From Gemmatimonadota bacterium (GTDB lineage: Bacteria; ARS69): a stretch of 64,000 nucleotides of DNA. The DNA is taken from positions 628 to 64,627 of the forward strand of contig JASLLL010000013.1 of NCBI GenBank assembly GCA_030747075.1, in the 5' to 3' direction. The notes under the pieces were generated by a model. That model had not been told where the DNA came from and made no database searches. It was given only the letters and a program-made list of their open reading frames with translations. Positions 40,595 to 50,841 of the stretch are shown here, one piece after another; the stretch's first letter is position 1; each line of letters starts with the position of its first letter. Made by a program: the position numbers and the translations under genes.

Positions 40595-42652
40595 ATGAAC
40601 AACCCGTGGTTGATTCCGGCGGCCGGATGTCTGGCTCTCCTGTTTGCCCTATTCAAGGCAAACTGGGTCAATCGGCAGGATCCCGGCAACGAAAAGATGG
40701 TGGAGATCGGGAAAGCGGTTCGTGAAGGAGCCATGGCGTTCCTGGGCCGTGAGTACCGTGTCCTTGGTGTGTTCGTTCTTGTTGTGGCGGGGCTGTTGTT
40801 TCTGGCCTATCGCGGGCAGGGGATGGGGCTGATCGCGCTGTCGTTTGTGGTCGGCGCGCTCTGTTCGGGCGTAGCCGGGTTCATCGGGATGCGCGTGGCG
40901 ACCGCCGCGAACGTCCGCACCACGAACGCGGCCCGCGAGAGTTTGAATGCAGCGCTTGGCGTCGCGTTCAGTGGCGGGACCGTCATGGGGATGGGCGTGG
41001 TCGGGCTGGGGGTCATCGGCCTCGGCGGGCTCTGGATTGCCTATGGCGGATCCGGGGCGGGGGGCAGTGGGCTGGCGGATATCATCCAGAAGCTCACCGG
41101 ATTCAGTCTGGGCGCCTCTTCCATTGCGCTGTTCGCGCGCGTGGGCGGCGGCATCTACACGAAAGCCGCGGATGTGGGCGCGGACCTCGTCGGAAAAGTC
41201 GAGGCGGGCATTCCGGAGGACGACCCCCGGAACCCGGCGACCATTGCGGACAATGTCGGCGACAATGTCGGTGATGTCGCGGGGATGGGCGCGGACCTCT
41301 TCGAGAGCTATGTCGGGTCCATCATCGGCGCCATGGTGCTGGCCACTGCGTTCGGCGCGGCTGCCGGCGTCTATGCCTTCCTGCCGCTGGTTCTCGCAGC
41401 CACGGGGATCATCGCTTCGATCGTCGGGACCTTTCTCGTTCGGACAAAGGAAGGCGGCAACCCGCAGGCGGCCCTCAACACGGGGACCTTCGGCGCGGGC
41501 GCGCTGATGGTTGTGGCATCGTGGTTCGTCATTCCGGCCGTGCTTGGTGGAAGCGCCGGGGGGGAGGGCGCACCGCCCGCGTCCAGCGTCTTCTTCGCGA
41601 CCATTGCCGGGCTCGTCGCCGGAATTCTCGTGGGCCTCTTGACGGAGTACTACACGGCGGAGTCGAAGGGGCCGGCGCGGTCCATCGCGCATGCTTCCGA
41701 GACGGGGAGTGCTACCAACATCATTGCCGGTCTCGGCGTGGGCATGACCTCCACGGCGCTGCCTGTGGTGGTGATCGGGCTGGCCATCCTGGTTTCGCAC
41801 CACCTTGCCGGTCTGTACGGGATTGCGATTGCAGCGCTCGGTATGCTGGCGACCACCGGGATTCAGCTGGCAGTGGACGCGTACGGGCCCATCGCCGACA
41901 ACGCGGGCGGCTGTGCGGAGATGGCGGAACTCCCACCGGAGGTTCGCGGCCGCACGGACAAGCTGGACGCGGTCGGGAATACCACGGCGGCCATCGGGAA
42001 GGGCTTTGCGATCGGGTCCGCGGCGCTGACGGCGCTGGCGCTGTTTGCGTCGTATCAGAAGATCGCGGGAGTGGAGAGCATCGATGTCTCCAAGCCGAAT
42101 GTGATGGCCGGACTCCTGATTGGGGGAATGCTGCCGTACCTTTTCTCCTCCTTCGCGATGAAGGCGGTGGGGAAGGCCGCATTCGACATGATCGAAGAAG
42201 TGCGCCGCCAGTTCCGGGAGATCCCCGGGATTCTGGAAGGGACGGCGCGGCCGGACTACGCGCGTTGCGTGGACATCTCCACGGCGGCGGCCATCAAGCA
42301 GATGGTGGTGCCGGGGCTTCTGGGGATTCTGACGCCGGTGTTCTTCGGGTTGGTCCTGCGAGATGCGGAAATGCTGGCGGGCGTGCTGGCCGGTGTGACC
42401 GTCTCGGGTGTGGTGCTTGCCATCTTCATGGCGAACTCGGGCGGCGCATGGGACAACGCGAAGAAGTACATTGAGGAAGGGGCTCACGGCGGAAAGGGAT
42501 CCGACGCCCACAAGGCGGCGGTGGTTGGCGATACGGTGGGAGATCCTTTCAAGGACACGGCCGGACCTTCGCTGAACATCCTGATCAAGCTGGTCTCCGT
42601 GATCAGCCTGGTTCTTGCGCCGATCATTGCGAAGCTGACCCCGATATTCTAG
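40595..42652 (+). CDS. hppA: Membrane-bound H+/Na+-translocating pyrophosphatase
   Basis: About 16 TM; [22 protein letters not shown] signature. Confidence 0.9.
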   Translation: MNNPWLIPAAGCLALLFALFKANWVNRQDPGNEKMVEIGKAVREGAMAFLGREYRVLGVFVLVVAGLLFLAYRGQGMGLIALSFVVGALCSGVAGFIGMRVATAANVRTTNAARESLNAALGVAFSGGTVMGMGVVGLGVIGLGGLWIAYGGSGAGGSGLADIIQKLTGFSLGASSIALFARVGGGIYTKAADVGADLVGKVEAGIPEDDPRNPATIADNVGDNVGDVAGMGADLFESYVGSIIGAMVLATAFGAAAGVYAFLPLVLAATGIIASIVGTFLVRTKEGGNPQAALNTGTFGAGALMVVASWFVIPAVLGGSAGGEGAPPASSVFFATIAGLVAGILVGLLTEYYTAESKGPARSIAHASETGSATNIIAGLGVGMTSTALPVVVIGLAILVSHHLAGLYGIAIAALGMLATTGIQLAVDAYGPIADNAGGCAEMAELPPEVRGRTDKLDAVGNTTAAIGKGFAIGSAALTALALFASYQKIAGVESIDVSKPNVMAGLLIGGMLPYLFSSFAMKAVGKAAFDMIEEVRRQFREIPGILEGTARPDYARCVDISTAAAIKQMVVPGLLGILTPVFFGLVLRDAEMLAGVLAGVTVSGVVLAIFMANSGGAWDNAKKYIEEGAHGGKGSDAHKAAVVGDTVGDPFKDTAGPSLNILIKLVSVISLVLAPIIAKLTPIF

Positions 42653-42719
42653 TTCTGCACCGGGCGCCGGGGGGGCGTGAACCCCTCCGGCTGTCCGGGA
42701 GAGTGCCACTTTGACGGGC

Positions 42720-42748
42720 TTGACGACGGCCTGGAGGGCGGGTAGACT
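42720..42748 (+). promoter_or_regulatory. Candidate sigma70-type promoter for rpsF operon (TTGACG - 17 nt - TAGACT)
   Basis: -35/-10 hexamers with 17-nt spacer about 80 nt upstream of rpsF ATG; a second TTGACG 9 nt upstream (42711). Confidence 0.45.
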
Positions 42749-42829
42749 GCCTCCCCTTGTGGCAGGATCCGACATTGCAGGCGCATGACCGACCCCCGCG
42801 AAGGGGTCGTTCCCGGGAGGAACCCAAGC

Positions 42830-43396
42830 ATGCGAATTTACGAAACGACCTTCATTCTCGTGCCCTCTCTGGAAGAGCAGGGCATCACCGAGGAAGTAGA
42901 CTCCATCAAGGAGTTCATCACTTCCCACGGCGGCGAAGTCACCGAAGAGAAGCTCTGGGGAAGACGCAGGCTGGCCTTCCCGATCCGCAACGCCACCGAA
43001 GGTGTGTACTACATCCTCCGGTTCAGCCTCGATCAGGGGCAGATTCCCGAACTGGAGAGGACCTTCCGACTGAACAGCAATATGCTGCGCTACCTCCTGC
43101 TTGTCAGCGAGGGAACGCCGCTGGACCAGATCGGCCGGGAAAACGAGTCCGAAGAACGCGACAGAGGCTTCCGTGGGCGTGGAGGGTATCGCGACCGCGA
43201 ACGGGGTGGGGATCGAGATCGGGCGAAGTCGGCCGATGCGAAGGAGGACGCACCGTCTTCCGGGAGCACGGAAACCGCAGACTCCGCCGAATCGACCGAA
43301 CCCGTAGCGGAGTCGGCGGACACCGGAGCACCGACTCCGGAGCCCGTGGCGGAACCTGCCACGACCTCTGCGGAAGGGGAGAATAACCATGAGTGA
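42830..43396 (+). CDS. rpsF: 30S ribosomal protein S6 with long C-terminal acidic/RG-rich extension
   Basis: MRIYETTFILVPSLEE... canonical S6 about 100 aa then about 85-aa low-complexity tail; GGGAGG RBS. Confidence 0.9.
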   Translation: MRIYETTFILVPSLEEQGITEEVDSIKEFITSHGGEVTEEKLWGRRRLAFPIRNATEGVYYILRFSLDQGQIPELERTFRLNSNMLRYLLLVSEGTPLDQIGRENESEERDRGFRGRGGYRDRERGGDRDRAKSADAKEDAPSSGSTETADSAESTEPVAESADTGAPTPEPVAEPATTSAEGENNHE

Positions 43397-43844
43397 ACTG
43401 AAGCTTCCCTCCCTGAACAAAGTCATGATCACAGGTCGGCTCACCCGGGATCCCGAGGTGCGCTATATCCAGACCGGCGTTGCCGTCGCCAAGCTGGGAC
43501 TGGCTTCCAATCGCTACATCCGGGACCGGGACAACGCCAGCGGGTGGAAGGAAGAGACCTGCTTCGTCGATGTCACCGCCTGGCGTGAACTGGCGGAGCG
43601 GTGCGCGGATTCCCTGAAGAAGGGGAGTTCGGTGCTTGTCGAGGGGCGGCTCCAGAGCCGGTCCTGGGAAGACAAGGAGACCGGCAAGAAGCGTACCGGA
43701 CTGGATATTGTCGCGGACCGCGTTCAGTTTCTGGACCGGCGTGGCGATGGACAGAGCGCTCCGGCCTACGCCGGTGGCGGACAGAGCCAATCAGCCGCTC
43801 CGGGGGGTTCGTCCCAGGGCGATGGAGACGACATTCCCTTCTAG
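43389..43844 (+). CDS. ssb: Single-stranded DNA-binding protein
   Basis: OB-fold, Gly/Gln-rich linker, acidic tip DDIPF; between rpsF and rpsR. Confidence 0.9.
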   Translation: MSELKLPSLNKVMITGRLTRDPEVRYIQTGVAVAKLGLASNRYIRDRDNASGWKEETCFVDVTAWRELAERCADSLKKGSSVLVEGRLQSRSWEDKETGKKRTGLDIVADRVQFLDRRGDGQSAPAYAGGGQSQSAAPGGSSQGDGDDIPF

Positions 43845-43922
43845 ATACTCGAAGACCCCGCATGGTTCCTCCGGCTCCCGGGCCGGAGGGATCGGGTGGG
43901 TCCGCCTGAAGGAGGCAGCAGC

Positions 43923-44150
43923 ATGGGTGATCGCCGCAAGGTGTGCAGGTTTGATCAGGACAGGCTCGGCGCGGTGGACTACAAGGACATCGGTCGCGTC
44001 CGCCGCTATGTGACGGACCGGGGGAAGATTGTTCCCCGGAGGATTACGGGGAACTGCGCGTATCACCAGCGGTCTTTGACCACGGCGATCAAGCGGGCGC
44101 GCTATCTGGCGTTGCTTCCCTCCTCGGCGGAGCACTACCACCACCGGTAG
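43923..44150 (+). CDS. rpsR: 30S ribosomal protein S18
   Basis: [43 protein letters not shown]; GAAGGAGG RBS. Confidence 0.9.
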   Translation: MGDRRKVCRFDQDRLGAVDYKDIGRVRRYVTDRGKIVPRRITGNCAYHQRSLTTAIKRARYLALLPSSAEHYHHR

Positions 44151-44162
44151 CCGTCCGAGGGG

Positions 44163-45122
44163 GTGAGGCTGGTGGATCGAAGACTGACGGCTCTGGCGCT
44201 GCTGGCTCCGACGGCCTTTATCGTCGCGGGGGCGGTTCCCGGGCTGGGTTTTCTTCCCTGGCTACTCGTCCCGGCGGCGTCGCTGGCATGGGCCGTCCGC
44301 GTGGGGGCTTTGGGCTGGGCGCTGGCGATGGGTGCGGGGGCACTCGTGGTGGCCGGGCTGATGGGGCCGCGCTTGCCGGAGTTTACGGCGGCGGTCGCGT
44401 CCGGGTGGGTCATCGCGCGTGCACTGGGGCGCGGAAGGTCACCCGGGGAAGCTCTGGTGTGGGCCACCGTCCCCATGGTTCTGCTCGTCTCTCTCTCGAT
44501 TCCGGGAGGGGGCGGGTTGCTGGCCGAGGAAGTTCGCTCGGTGTTGGACGAGCTGCTCCGTGGAGCGGCCGTGCGCGGAGATATTCCCGCGGAGCGGCTG
44601 GACGAACTTCGCGTGGGGGCTGAGGTGGCGCTGGATGTGCTCGGCCGAATCTGGCTGGCCTATCTGGCGACCGTGTTCTGGGGTTTTCTGGCGCTCGGCT
44701 ATGCGGGGGTATCCCGCTGGGTTGGAGGCGGCCGGATTCCACGCCTGCCGCCGCTGGAGCTGTGGCAGGTTCCCGACCGGGTGGTGTGGGCGCTTCTGGT
44801 CGGGCTGGTCCTGGTTCTTCTCCCGATGGACGCGGGGAAGAGCCTGGGCTGGGGGTTGGTGTACCTGGCGGGTTTTGCCTGTGTTCTGCGGGGACTTGCC
44901 GTGCAGGTTTGCTTCCTCCGGAAGCGCGGACTCGGAAGACCGGGACAGCTTGTGGTCCTGGCGGGATTGACAGTGTTCTTCCTGCCTGCCCATCTGGCCG
45001 TGACGACGGGTCTTGGGGTTTTCGACACTTGGTTTGATTTCAGGGGGTTACGCCCCCCCGGTGAGAGGGACAATCCTCTGGGCTTCCTTCGGCGCCCGTC
45101 GAAACGGGACGGTCAAGAATAG
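44163..45122 (+). CDS. Polytopic membrane protein, DUF2232/YybS-like
   Basis: About 8 TM helices; position between rpsR and rplI matches Bacillus yybS. Confidence 0.6.
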   Translation: MRLVDRRLTALALLAPTAFIVAGAVPGLGFLPWLLVPAASLAWAVRVGALGWALAMGAGALVVAGLMGPRLPEFTAAVASGWVIARALGRGRSPGEALVWATVPMVLLVSLSIPGGGGLLAEEVRSVLDELLRGAAVRGDIPAERLDELRVGAEVALDVLGRIWLAYLATVFWGFLALGYAGVSRWVGGGRIPRLPPLELWQVPDRVVWALLVGLVLVLLPMDAGKSLGWGLVYLAGFACVLRGLAVQVCFLRKRGLGRPGQLVVLAGLTVFFLPAHLAVTTGLGVFDTWFDFRGLRPPGERDNPLGFLRRPSKRDGQE

Positions 45123-45132
45123 GGGAGATGAC

Positions 45133-45897
45133 ATGAAGGTCATACTGACGATGGATGTGGAGGAAGTCGGGAGCCGGGGTGAACAGGTCGATGTCGCGGC
45201 CGGATTCGCCCGGAACTACCTGCTTCCGCGTGGCGAAGCGGTTCCGGCAACGCCGGGCAATGTCCGCATGATGGAGGAAGAGCAGCGGCTGACGGATGTC
45301 CGGGGGCAAAGATCGCTCCGGGATGCCGAGAAGGTGGGGTCCTTTCTGGAAGCCACGGATGTCTTTGCCACGCTGAAAATTGGCCGCGAAGGCAGAGCAT
45401 TCGGTTCGGTGACGAGCCAGCAGATTGCCCTTCTTCTGAAGCAGGCCGGAATGGAAGTGGACCGGCGCAAGATCCGTTTGCCGAAGCCCATTCGCCGGCT
45501 TGGCGTGATGGATGTCGCGTTGAACATCCACCCCGATGTGGAGACGGTCGTGACCGTGTTTGTGGATCGCGAGGGCGGTTCCCGCGAAGGCGCTCAGATG
45601 GAGCAGGAGAAGTTCGAGGCCGCGGAGAGAGAGGCCGAAGAGGTCCGGCGGCTGGAGGCCGAGGAGCGTGCTGTTCGGGAGAAAGAGGCCGAGGAGATCA
45701 TGGCCGAGGCAGTCCGCCGCGCCGAGGAGCGCAAGGTCCGTGAAGAAGAGGAAGCCGCTGCCCGGGCAGCTCGAGAGGCGGAATCCAGGGCGACCGTGCC
45801 CGAGGGCGCCGAGGAGTCTGACGGAGAGGAAGCGTCCTCGGACGCGGATTCTCCGGCCAAGACGGAAGAGCCCGCACCGGAGTCCACCGAATCCTGA
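45133..45897 (+). CDS. rplI: 50S ribosomal protein L9 with about 100-aa C-terminal E/A/R-rich extension
   Basis: MKVILTMDVEEVGSRGEQVDVAAGFARNYLLPRG canonical L9 N-domain; 255 aa vs usual about 150. Confidence 0.9.
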   Translation: MKVILTMDVEEVGSRGEQVDVAAGFARNYLLPRGEAVPATPGNVRMMEEEQRLTDVRGQRSLRDAEKVGSFLEATDVFATLKIGREGRAFGSVTSQQIALLLKQAGMEVDRRKIRLPKPIRRLGVMDVALNIHPDVETVVTVFVDREGGSREGAQMEQEKFEAAEREAEEVRRLEAEERAVREKEAEEIMAEAVRRAEERKVREEEEAAARAAREAESRATVPEGAEESDGEEASSDADSPAKTEEPAPESTES

Positions 45898-45917
45898 GAA
45901 AGGGCAGGAGGGGTCGG

Positions 45918-47099
45918 ATGTTTATTCCCTGGAGGCGCGCAGCTCTTCCGGCACTGCTGCTCATCTCCGGGTGCTCCGGAGACTCCTCCACGGAGGCGGA
46001 TGACGCAGTGCTCGTCGTGGTCGGGGGCACCCCCATCACCGAGTCTGCGGTCGCTTCGCACTTTGCTGAACTTCCTCCCGACATCCGGGCAGGCCTGCGT
46101 GGCCCTTCGGGTCGGGAAAAGGTCCTTGCCCGCCTCGTGGAAGAGGAACTTCTCTATCGCGGCGCGCTGGATGACGGACTGGAGCAGGATCCACGCGTTG
46201 CCGCCGCGCTGCGGGCCGCTCGCCGGAGCATCCTCTCGCGGGCGTTTCTGGACCGGCGAAGAGACCAGGTGGCACGCGTTTCCGAAGAAGACCTTCGTGC
46301 CTTCTACGACTCCCACAAGGAGGACTACAGCGTTCGGAGAACACTCCGGGTGCGGCAGCTTCTGGTATCCACCCGGGAGAAGGCGGATGAGATCCGGGAG
46401 CAGGTGGTCGCGGGGCAGCTGGACCTAGAGGATGCCTGCTGGCGCCAGAGCGACCATCCTCAGGTGGTTCAGGAACACGGGCTTCTCCCGGAGTGGATTC
46501 GCAAAGGCCGGGCGGTGGGCTGGTTCGGGAATCACCCGCGCTTTCATGAGGTGGTCTTTGAGTTGGCTCCCGGGGAGGTGAGCGAGGTCTTTGAGACCGC
46601 ATTCGGCTTCCATGTCGCCCGGATCGAAGAAGAGCGTCCCGCCAGCACGCGCCCCTTCGAGGCTGCCCGCGCAGATATTCTGGCTCGAATGTCGCAAGAG
46701 CGCATGGGCAAGCTGGTGCCGGATGTCATGGAGGCGCTGCGCGGGGAATACGGCGTGGAGTACCCGGAAGAGCAGGATCCGGAGGCTGGCGTCCGCCGGC
46801 TCTTTGAAGAAGCTCAGGCGGAACCTTCCCCCCGGCGCAGGCTGGCCCTTTACGAACAGCTGGTCGAGGAGTATTCAGGGAGCAGGTACGAGGTCGAGGC
46901 GCTGTTCATGATCGGCTTTATCCTGCGCGAGGAACTCGCGGATGCAAACGGAGCCGAGCGGGCCTTCCGCCGTGTTGTGGAAGAGTTCCCCGAGTCGGAT
47001 CTGGCCGCGTCGGCGCGTTGGCTGCTTTCACCGACAGAGGGAGAGCCTCCTTCCGCAGTCGCAGCGCCACCCCCTCCCGATGAGGAGGATTCGCCATGA
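45918..47099 (+). CDS. Parvulin-type peptidyl-prolyl cis-trans isomerase lipoprotein (SurA/PrsA-like)
   Basis: Lipobox LLISGC; PpiC domain (FETAFGFHVARIEE); helical chaperone-like flanks. Confidence 0.7.
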   Translation: MFIPWRRAALPALLLISGCSGDSSTEADDAVLVVVGGTPITESAVASHFAELPPDIRAGLRGPSGREKVLARLVEEELLYRGALDDGLEQDPRVAAALRAARRSILSRAFLDRRRDQVARVSEEDLRAFYDSHKEDYSVRRTLRVRQLLVSTREKADEIREQVVAGQLDLEDACWRQSDHPQVVQEHGLLPEWIRKGRAVGWFGNHPRFHEVVFELAPGEVSEVFETAFGFHVARIEEERPASTRPFEAARADILARMSQERMGKLVPDVMEALRGEYGVEYPEEQDPEAGVRRLFEEAQAEPSPRRRLALYEQLVEEYSGSRYEVEALFMIGFILREELADANGAERAFRRVVEEFPESDLAASARWLLSPTEGEPPSAVAAPPPPDEEDSP

Positions 47100-47578
47100 T
47101 GGAAGTAAAGGTGTCCGGGCTGGCCATCGACGAGAGGACTCACACGCCCGTCGTTCTCCTGCGTGAAGAGGGTGGCGGAGGAATGCTCCCCATCTGGATC
47201 GGTCCCTCGGAGGCCAGTTCCATTGCGATCGAGCTGGCCGGGCGCAAGTTCCAGCGTCCGCTCACGCACGATCTCCTGAAGACCGTGATCGAAGGACTGA
47301 AGGCGCGCGTCGCCCGCGTGGCGATTGTCGGCTTGCAGGAAAACACCTTTTTCGCGCGCGTGTTTCTGGAACGGGAAGGAGAGCTCCTCTCCATCGACGC
47401 CCGTCCCTCGGACTGCATTGCGCTGGCTCTCAGGAGTTCCTCCCCGATCTTCGTGCGAGAGGAACTTCTTCGCGACGAAGAAGACCTGGCGCCCATGGCA
47501 GAGGAGAAGTCCATGGAGGATCTTCAGCGAAAACTGGAGGACATGGACCCGGAGGAGTTCGGAAAGCTGTGGTCCTAG
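47096..47578 (+). CDS. Bifunctional nuclease family protein (DUF151/BFN)
   Basis: PVVLLREEGGGGMLPIWIGPSEASSIAIEL...RPSDCIALALR canonical DUF151. Confidence 0.8.
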   Translation: MMEVKVSGLAIDERTHTPVVLLREEGGGGMLPIWIGPSEASSIAIELAGRKFQRPLTHDLLKTVIEGLKARVARVAIVGLQENTFFARVFLEREGELLSIDARPSDCIALALRSSSPIFVREELLRDEEDLAPMAEEKSMEDLQRKLEDMDPEEFGKLWS

Positions 47579-49398
47579 CCTGCGTGGCGCGGCAGTCTGT
47601 GCTGCGGACTTGCGGAGGCCTCTCCCTCCTGGTGCTGTCGGTGTTCCTCGCAGGATGTGGCACGCGCGCGCCGGTGGTGCCCGTCGACCCTGTTCCCCGG
47701 ACTCCGAAGCCTGTCCCCGCCTCGACGACTCCCGAATACCCCCCGGCTGTTCGTGCGGCCCTGCGCCTGTCTGATCCGGGGAGTACGGTTGCGGTTTCGC
47801 GGCAATACCGGGACACCCATCCGGGGTCGGCTTTCGAGGTTCGCCTGATGCTGTTAGAGGCGGGCACTTTGGCGCAGATGGGAAGATTCCCCGAAGCGAA
47901 GCTGGCGTTTTCGCAGGTAGCGAGCGCACCTTCGGGTCGAACCGCTCGGGCAGAAGCGTGGGAGGGGGTCGCTCTTTGTGAGGCGGCGGAGGGGCACCCC
48001 GCTGAAGCGGCACGATCCTGGATGCTTGCGTGGGATGAGTCTTCCGGGGAAGGCCGGAAGAAGCGGCACACGGATCTGGTGTCTGCGCTGTCCAGAGTCC
48101 CGTTGCCGGAGTTGCGGGGCCTTTCGCGCGAGAGCGGGGCCGGGAACTCCCGGGAGCTGGTTCTGGCGGAACTGCGGCAGCGCGGAGATCTGGACCATGG
48201 GGCGTCCGTCACCGTCCTGGCACCTCTCAGCGGCCGCCTTGCGGAGTTCGGTGCGGACTTTGTTCTCGGCGCTCGCCTGGCTCTGGAGGACGGCGCGGGC
48301 GGCGATTCCCTTCCGCCTCGTCTTGTGGTGCGAGATACGGGAGGCAGCCTCCCCGTAGCCCTGTCGGCTGCGCGCGCAGCCATCAGGGAAGACCGGAGCG
48401 TCGCGATCATCGGGCCGCTTCTCAGCAGCAGCGCCCACGGGGTGGGTGCCATGGCTGCGGCCTGGGACATTCCCGTTCTGGCACCACTGGCGGGAGATCC
48501 GCGCCTCTCGATGGACGGTTCCGGCGTCTTCACGCTGGCCCCCCCCGCGTCAGCTCTGGCGTCTCCTCTGGCCGAAGCGGCGGTTCATGTGCTGGGCTAC
48601 CATCGCCTGGGGGTCCTTCTGCCGGAGGGAGAGGATTGGGCCGCATTCGAAGAGGCCTTTCGTCTCACCGCAGAGAGCCTGGGGGCGCAAGTGCTTCTCT
48701 CGCTGGTATACGACCCGTCGGAAACGGACTTCCGAAACCCGATTGATCGACTGGAAGCGGAGAGCGTCGAGGCCGTCTACTTCCCCGGGGGGGTGGCGGA
48801 ACTTGAGAAACTCGTGCCGCAGCTGGGCTTCTACGATTTCACCCCGCGGGTTTTCGGCAACGGCCCCTGGCTGGATCCGCGGGTTCTGGACTCCGGGAAC
48901 TCGGCGCTGCAGGGAGCGGTGTTTGCTGCCGAACGCGCGGAACTCCCCGAGTCGGACTTTCGCATGAGGCTGTCGCGTGCCGTCCACGCCCGGTCTCACG
49001 GAGAGGTGACGCGCTTCCATGTGGGCGGCTATCGGGCCATGGCGGATCTCCTGACAGCGTGCGCGATGGGGACCGAATCCAGGCGAGCGCTGTCTCTTGC
49101 CCTGAAGCTCCGGAATCTCTGGGAGTCACCCCCGGACGCGGCCGTCGTGGAGACCGTGACCTTCCGGGATGGGGTGTTCGGCCCCGTCGAATGGGCAGCC
49201 CGATTCAATCTTCCCCCGGAGCCGGACCCGGAGCCGCCACCGCAGGCAAAGCCGGTTCCGGAGGAGGGGGAGGACACGGACGAAGTGGGCGCGGAAGGGA
49301 CGGTCGACGGGGTGGAAGATGCCGGGGAAGCCGAGGAAGAGGTCGAGGAGCCCCCCACGAAGGTCTCCCGCAACCCGGCGTCTCTCTGGCGCGAGTGA
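47569..49398 (+). CDS. Lipoprotein with N-terminal TPR-like helical domain and C-terminal periplasmic-binding-protein type I domain (LpoA/LppC-like)
   Basis: Lipobox FLAGC; C-terminal LivK-like fold (SVAIIGPLLSSSAHGVGAMAAAWDIPVLAPLAG); acidic C-tail. Confidence 0.55.
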   Translation: MVLACVARQSVLRTCGGLSLLVLSVFLAGCGTRAPVVPVDPVPRTPKPVPASTTPEYPPAVRAALRLSDPGSTVAVSRQYRDTHPGSAFEVRLMLLEAGTLAQMGRFPEAKLAFSQVASAPSGRTARAEAWEGVALCEAAEGHPAEAARSWMLAWDESSGEGRKKRHTDLVSALSRVPLPELRGLSRESGAGNSRELVLAELRQRGDLDHGASVTVLAPLSGRLAEFGADFVLGARLALEDGAGGDSLPPRLVVRDTGGSLPVALSAARAAIREDRSVAIIGPLLSSSAHGVGAMAAAWDIPVLAPLAGDPRLSMDGSGVFTLAPPASALASPLAEAAVHVLGYHRLGVLLPEGEDWAAFEEAFRLTAESLGAQVLLSLVYDPSETDFRNPIDRLEAESVEAVYFPGGVAELEKLVPQLGFYDFTPRVFGNGPWLDPRVLDSGNSALQGAVFAAERAELPESDFRMRLSRAVHARSHGEVTRFHVGGYRAMADLLTACAMGTESRRALSLALKLRNLWESPPDAAVVETVTFRDGVFGPVEWAARFNLPPEPDPEPPPQAKPVPEEGEDTDEVGAEGTVDGVEDAGEAEEEVEEPPTKVSRNPASLWRE

Positions 49399-49446
49399 TC
49401 GTGCCTGCCCGCCGGTCTTCGTCTTTTCGCTCGACATCCCGGCCGG

Positions 49447-50841
49447 GTGCCTGATACGACCTTCCCCCCAAAGGAGGGAGTTTTGATGGATCGCCGCCCG
49501 GTATCTTCAGGTTCCCGCGGACGCTGGGGCAGTCGCCTGGGGTTCATCCTTGCCGCTGCCGGAAGCGCCGTCGGGCTGGGGAACATCTGGAAGTTCCCCT
49601 ACATCACCGGAGAGTACGGGGGCGGGGCGTTTGTCCTCGTCTACCTCCTGTGCATCATGGTGGTCGGGCTGCCGCTCATGTACTCGGAGCTGATCATCGG
49701 GCGCCGTGGAGGCAAGGATGTGCTGGGTGCCATCCGGGGACTGACCGCACATCAGGGGCCGGCCGGGATGGCGGCAAGCTGGTTTGTGGGGATTCTCGCG
49801 GTAGGGTCGGGTTTCCTCATCCTGTCGTTCTACTCGGTCGTGGCCGGATGGGCGTTCCACTTTCTTGGCGTGTCGGTGAAGCTCATCCCCGCTCATGTCG
49901 ATGGAGCTGGAGCGACCTTCGATGCACTCACCGCAAACCCTGTCATGTCAACCATTTGGCACACTCTCTTCATGGGCTTGGTCATCGCCGTGGTGGCTCG
50001 TGGAGTGCATGACGGGATCGAATCGGCCTGCAAGCGATTGATGCCCGCACTCATTGGCATTCTGGTGCTCCTCCTGATCTATGTGGGGTTCCGGGGCGGG
50101 CTGGCGGAGTCGGCCGCGTTTCTCTTCCGTCCGGACTTCGGGAAGCTGAGTCCGGAGGCTGTGCTGGAAGCTCTGGGGCACGCGTTCTTCACCCTCTCGC
50201 TCGGGATGGGCGCGATGGTGACCTACGGATCCTACCTGGGCAGCGAACGCAATGTCGTCCGGGACGGGCTGGCCGTCGCTATCCTCGACACCGCGATCGC
50301 CCTCCTGGCCGGCCTCGTGATTTTCGCGGTGGTTTTTCAGGCAAACGGAGAACCGGGAACAGGGCCGGGGCTGGTCTTCGTCACGCTTCCCGGGCTCTTT
50401 CTCGATATGCCGCTGGGCACCTTCTTCGGGATCGCCTTTTTCGTGCTGCTCATTTTCGCGGCGTGGTCCTCGGCGATTTCGCTTCTGGAGGTGGTCGTAG
50501 CCTACCTCACCGACGAACACGGATTCGCCCGGCCCCGTGCCACCTGGATCATCGGTGGGCTCATCTGGGCGGTGGGGGTGGCGTCGGCGGTCTGGATGCC
50601 GGTTCTCGATTTCCTCGACGATCTGACGACGCGCTACATGCTCCCTCTCGGCGGGCTGGGGATCGCGATCGCGGCGGGGTGGCTGCTCCGTCGAGAGGAT
50701 CGCGAGTCCGGACTGCTCGCTCTCGGCGGCGCTGGCCGGGGGCTTGCCGCAGTGTGGACTTTCCTCATCCGGTTTGTGACTCCGGTTCTGGTTCTTCTCG
50801 TGATCCTGTTCAAGATGGGCGCGCTTCCGTTCGGCAAATGA
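49447..50841 (+). CDS. Sodium-dependent transporter, neurotransmitter:sodium symporter (NSS/SNF) family
   Basis: WGSRLGFILAAAGSAVGLGNIWKFPY signature, 11-12 TM. Confidence 0.9.
   Translation: MPDTTFPPKEGVLMDRRPVSSGSRGRWGSRLGFILAAAGSAVGLGNIWKFPYITGEYGGGAFVLVYLLCIMVVGLPLMYSELIIGRRGGKDVLGAIRGLTAHQGPAGMAASWFVGILAVGSGFLILSFYSVVAGWAFHFLGVSVKLIPAHVDGAGATFDALTANPVMSTIWHTLFMGLVIAVVARGVHDGIESACKRLMPALIGILVLLLIYVGFRGGLAESAAFLFRPDFGKLSPEAVLEALGHAFFTLSLGMGAMVTYGSYLGSERNVVRDGLAVAILDTAIALLAGLVIFAVVFQANGEPGTGPGLVFVTLPGLFLDMPLGTFFGIAFFVLLIFAAWSSAISLLEVVVAYLTDEHGFARPRATWIIGGLIWAVGVASAVWMPVLDFLDDLTTRYMLPLGGLGIAIAAGWLLRREDRESGLLALGGAGRGLAAVWTFLIRFVTPVLVLLVILFKMGALPFGK

Noticed and set aside
40649-43444. 931-aa minus-strand ORF
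   Set aside because: Antisense to hppA and rpsF. No motifs; an artefact of GC-rich third positions.
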